From: Squalus acanthias
Lineage: Eukaryota
Assembly: GCA_030390025.1 (NCBI GenBank)
Contig: CM059431.1
Location: 106,642,001-106,706,000 of the forward strand
Direction of reading: 5' to 3'
Length of the DNA stretch: 64,000 nt
Position 1 is the stretch's first letter, and each line of letters begins with the position of its first letter. Both the position numbers and the translations under genes were made by a program. Positions 59,977-64,000 of the stretch are shown in pieces. The notes under the pieces are model-generated. The model saw only the letters and a list, made by a program, of their open reading frames with translations. It searched no databases and was not told the DNA's origin.

Positions 59977-60692
59977 AATGTTTCAATAATTTATATTTAA
60001 GAAAAACAGAATGTATTATGGGCTATAACATAAAATAAATCAATGGCAAAGCTTTTACATTGTGGCACCTTTACCCAAAGTATTGCACTAATTTGTGCCA
60101 CATATATATTTAAAAATTAGAGCACAAAATTACTGAGAACTCTGTCATTTTGATTATTTTGATGTTATTAATTCAAAATGAATACAAAAGCAAGTGTTGG
60201 AGAGAACCAAATCTGTGGCCATCCTACCCTGGCACTCCGGACAAGAAATGAGAATGACGAGTGCCAGTGCGCTGGCAATACATGAGAATCGTTGCTTACA
60301 TAAACACAACGGCAACACTTTTCCCCATCCACCCACCCCCATTTTCTCCCCTCCTCTCCTGAAGGAAGTAATTCATGCTTGGGGAAGTGCTTCCTCAAGT
60401 GCTCGGCACCCTCCTGCACAAGAGGCCGTTCTTCATCAATGAGCGTGGACGGTAAAGTTAGCCGGCTCTTCAACCTTGGGATCAGCTTGATGTTATCCTC
60501 AGTTGACATCCGCTCGCATACACCTTTGCAGCAAGGGGGGTCACTGGACAAGCGATGAGGCTAGGGAAGCTGAGGCCAATTGTAACATACTACACCACTG
60601 CTGAGTGCCTGAAATCAGCCAGCTGAGCACAGAACAGGGACCGCATAAGGGACCTTCTTGGGACCGTGTGCATCTCCCCATCAGCGAGCTCA

Positions 60693-60719
60693 CCTAACCC
60701 TAACCCTAACCCTAACCCT
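60693..60719 (-). repeat. Short interstitial telomeric repeat, about 4.5 perfect TTAGGG units
   Basis: CCTAACCCTAACCCTAACCCTAACCCT. Confidence 0.85.
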
Positions 60720-60740
60720 CACGTTTGCTTATTCAATATA

Positions 60741-61335
60741 GAGGCTGGGTATTCTGCGGCGAGTGTCTCACCTCCTGACTCCACAAAGCCTTTCTACCAT
60801 CTACAAGGCACAAGTAAGGAGTGTGATGGAATACTCTTCACTTGCCTGGATGAGTGCAGCTCCAACAACACTCAAGAAGCTCAACACCATCCAGGACAAA
60901 GCAGCCCACTTGATTGGCACCCCATCCACCACCTTAAACATTCACTCCCTCCACCACCGGCACACTGTGGCTGCAGTGTGTACCATCTACAAGATGCACT
61001 GCAGCAACTCGCCAAGGCACCTTCGGCAGCACCTCCCAAACCTGCGACCTCTACCACCTAAAAAGACAAGGGCAGCAGGCGCATGGGAACACCACGACCT
61101 CCAAGTTCCCCTCCAAGTCACACACCATCCTGACTTGGAAGTATATTGCCGATCCTTCATCGTCACTGGGTCAAAATCCTGGAACTCCCTCCCTAACAGC
61201 ACTGTGGGAGTACCTTCACCACACGGACTGCAGCGGTTCAAGAAGACGGCTCAGCACCACCTTCTCAAGGGCAATTAGGGATGGGCAATAAATGCTGGTC
61301 TTGCCAGCGATGCCCACATCCCATAAAACGAATAT
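60741..61335 (+). mobile_element. LINE family A 3' fragment
   Basis: ORF 60763-61278 and tail. Confidence 0.92.
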
Positions 61336-62309
61336 AAAAAAAACATGTTTTGCTCTGCAATCAATGAGGCCCCAATAGCGTTGGTCTGAGCAGATATTAT
61401 GAGACTGAAATGTGTAAAATACACTCACTTGTTCCAAGCATCAATATATATGTTTCAATGCAAATGAAGTGTTGGCAGATCTCTCCAATGCCCTATCCAC
61501 ATTGCCTGCGTTCCTCAATATTTCTGGATATCTGCATTCTCCTCACCCCTGTGCAGCCTAGTCCCCAGTGATTCTCTTCCAGCCAGCCCCTGTGTTATCA
61601 TTTTCTGGTCTGAATTCTAGAACCTAAAAAAGATTTCATTTGGAAGGCAGCTCATTCTATACAGCAATGGTGGGAGAATCGGTCAAACGACTGTATTTTG
61701 GGTTCTCGCTATTGCATCTTCTATTTGAGGATGCTTCAGCCTTGATTTTCCAAGTCTATTAAGCAGACAGCTTATGAAATGATAATGACCCCACAATTGC
61801 CGTGGTCTGATATTACGTGTTGCAGAGTCACCAGAATCTTAGCAATGTGTTGTAGCTGCAGGCTGCGTAAGGCCAACTCTCAGTATGTCAGTTTAAATTA
61901 TATATTCATATACATATCTAGTCATGGAAAATTGTTTCTTTGCAATGAAAATGCTAATGTTTCTTCACATTGCTTTTTACTCTCTAATTTTCTCCTGAAG
62001 AAACTGAGTTGAATAGACAGCGCTCTTCCAGTAACTTCACCCATGTGTGTTCTTAGTTAACAGCAGCAGGCTACTGGAGCATGGGGTGCATCACGGCACA
62101 GCTCTATTTTGCCTTCACCTCATACCAATTATATTTTTGACTGTTTAAGGGTTAATGATTAACATTCAAAGTCAGCAGTTGGATTCCAAATGCTCCTTCC
62201 CATTTGTAACCATTTTGTTTCTGTTACTCCCAGTCTGTCTGAGGATTAAACTCTCCCACTTATAACTGCTTTTTTTCCACTTCCCCCAGTCTGTGTGAGG
62301 ATTAAAGGT

Positions 62310-62545
62310 TGTCTTCACCTCACATCCGCACGCATTCACCTTCCAGTAAGAGTGATTGGATAGGCATCAGTCGAGGGAACCCCGATGGATGCTTCGTCTC
62401 CTGAATCCAAGGTGCTGAGGTAAATTGTCCTACTCCTACTGTAGTCAGATCAACTAATTCAGCACAGACTTGGGATCGATCCTGGGGTCTTCCCAGCCTA
62501 TATGGCCTTAGGCAGAGGGCAGAACAGTTATCAATTGAGCCATTG
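62310..62545 (-). mobile_element. Old tRNA-derived SINE (related degenerate copies near 60510-60690 and 38440-38620)
   Basis: Minus strand TGGCTCAATTG A-box-like and GGATCGATCCC B-box-like; shared GCTGAGG..AATTGT..CAGCACAGA between copies. Confidence 0.45.
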
Positions 62546-62957
62546 TCTCATGGCTATGTATTCTGCTGTCAAATCCACCCATTGTAGAGATATACTATTA
62601 GACTACTGACTTTGGGAAAGCCATTACATTTTTGACTGTTTATGGGTTAATAATTAACATTCAAATATGCAGTTGGATTCCAAATGCTGATTCCATTGTT
62701 TCCAAGACGCATAAACAATCTGTCGTAATAACTGACTCGTAACAGATTGACAATTTGAAGAAGTTTATTTATAAATATATACATATTCCCAGCTGCTGCA
62801 AGCTTGGGATCAAAGCCAACTATTTTGTGCAGTTGAATTGTGTATATTAGATTTTGTTTAAATTGTCTCTGAAAAATTAGTTTAAAAACTGGACAACACT
62901 AGGATTGGTTGGCACCATCAATCCCATGGCACTCGGTCACTGACTAAGAGAGGTTCA

Positions 62958-63275
62958 CAGCCTTCGACAGCACCTCCCAAACCCGCGACCTCTACCACCT
63001 AGAAGGACAAGGGCAGCAGGCACTTGGGAACACCACCACCTCCAAGTTACCCTCCAAGACACACATCATCCTGACTTGGAAATATATCGCCATTCCTTCA
63101 TCGTCGCCGGGTCAAAATCCTGGAACTTCCTACCTAACAGCACTGTGGGAGTACCTTCACCACACGGACTGCAGCGGTTCAAGAAGGCGGCTCACCACCA
63201 CCTTCTCAAGGGCAGTTAGGGATGGGCAATAAATGCTGGCCTTGCCAGCGACGTTCACATCTCGTAAATGAATTT
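62958..63275 (+). mobile_element. LINE family A 3' fragment
   Basis: Matches 11928-12230. Confidence 0.9.
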
Positions 63276-63279
63276 TTAA

Positions 63280-63610
63280 AAACATAGAATGATACAGCAT
63301 AGAAGGAGGCCATTCGGCCCATCGTGTCTGTGCCGGTTCATTGAAAGAGCGATCCAATTAGTTCTACTCTCCCGCTCTTTCCCGGTAGCTCTGCAAATTT
63401 CTCCTTTTCAAGTATGTATCCAATACCATCTTGAAAATTACCATTGAATCTGCTTCCACTGCCCTTTCAGGCAGTGTGTTCCCGATCACAAAAACTCGCT
63501 TCGTGAAAAAAATTCTCCTCATCTGCACTGGATTTTTTTTTGCCAATTACCTTAAATCGGTTACTGGTCCCTTGGTTACTGACCCCCCTGCCGGAGAAAA
63601 CAGTTTCTCC
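63280..63610 (-). mobile_element. CR1 3' fragment
   Basis: MRRIFFTKRVFVIGNTLPERAVEADS..YLKRRNLQ plus tail. Confidence 0.85.
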
Positions 63611-64000
63611 GATTACCATTGCTAATAAACACGCATCCTATTAGTCTCAAACTTTGGTAATAAACACTGAAGGAATATTTAAGCAGTTACAATGACTGGT
63701 CAACACAAAAGAATGAAAAGTATTGTGTTATAATGAATGCAAATGGAATACAGCAGTTTGCCTTCCAGCATTGAACTGTCAGCTGAACTTAAAGAAAGAA
63801 ACTCACCTTCAAATGTAAAAATGTAAAAAATGTATTAACATGTGTTAGATAATAGTAAAACGTTCAATGATCCCCAGTCTAGTAAAAGGTTGTCGTGTTA
63901 ATGTGATCTATATTTGATGACATGTTAACTATAGCTATTATATTGATGGTAGAACAAGGAGAGCTTTCAGGCCCAACTTCAATGATGTCCCAAATCAAGC

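Noticed and set aside
1..64000. CRISPR arrays, rRNA genes, prokaryotic operons, LTR retroviral genes
   Set aside because: No regularly spaced repeat-spacer array, rRNA-like sequence, or gag/integrase motifs seen; the content is eukaryotic repeat DNA.

Overview
Repeat-dense eukaryotic DNA, most likely intronic or intergenic. The repeat complement (Deu-domain SINEs, vertebrate CR1 with esterase ORF1, L2, RTE, Penelope, Harbinger) suggests a cartilaginous fish, but this is an inference. No host protein-coding gene could be recognised. The window contains: (1) two near-complete two-gene PIF/Harbinger transposons (DDE transposase convergent with a Myb/SANT gene; 10042-16640 and 40396-43176), three deleted derivatives and about eight Harbinger-type MITEs; (2) a full-length CR1 LINE nested in an older CR1; (3) a Penelope-like element with an RT+GIY-YIG ORF; (4) many LINE and SINE fragments. 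The most notable observations are: (i) two families of minimal type I hammerhead ribozyme motifs in Penelope terminal repeats, with compensatory stem I changes; (ii) short non-coding palindromic elements carrying a hammerhead on each strand, one with a clean 13-bp TSD; (iii) two unrelated Harbinger-type elements that both inserted at, and duplicated, exactly the NUH cleavage triplet of the same hammerhead repeat family; (iv) MITEs carrying NRF1/ETS-like motifs followed by consensus splice donors. All calls are by eye, without database searches, and boundaries of old fragments are approximate.
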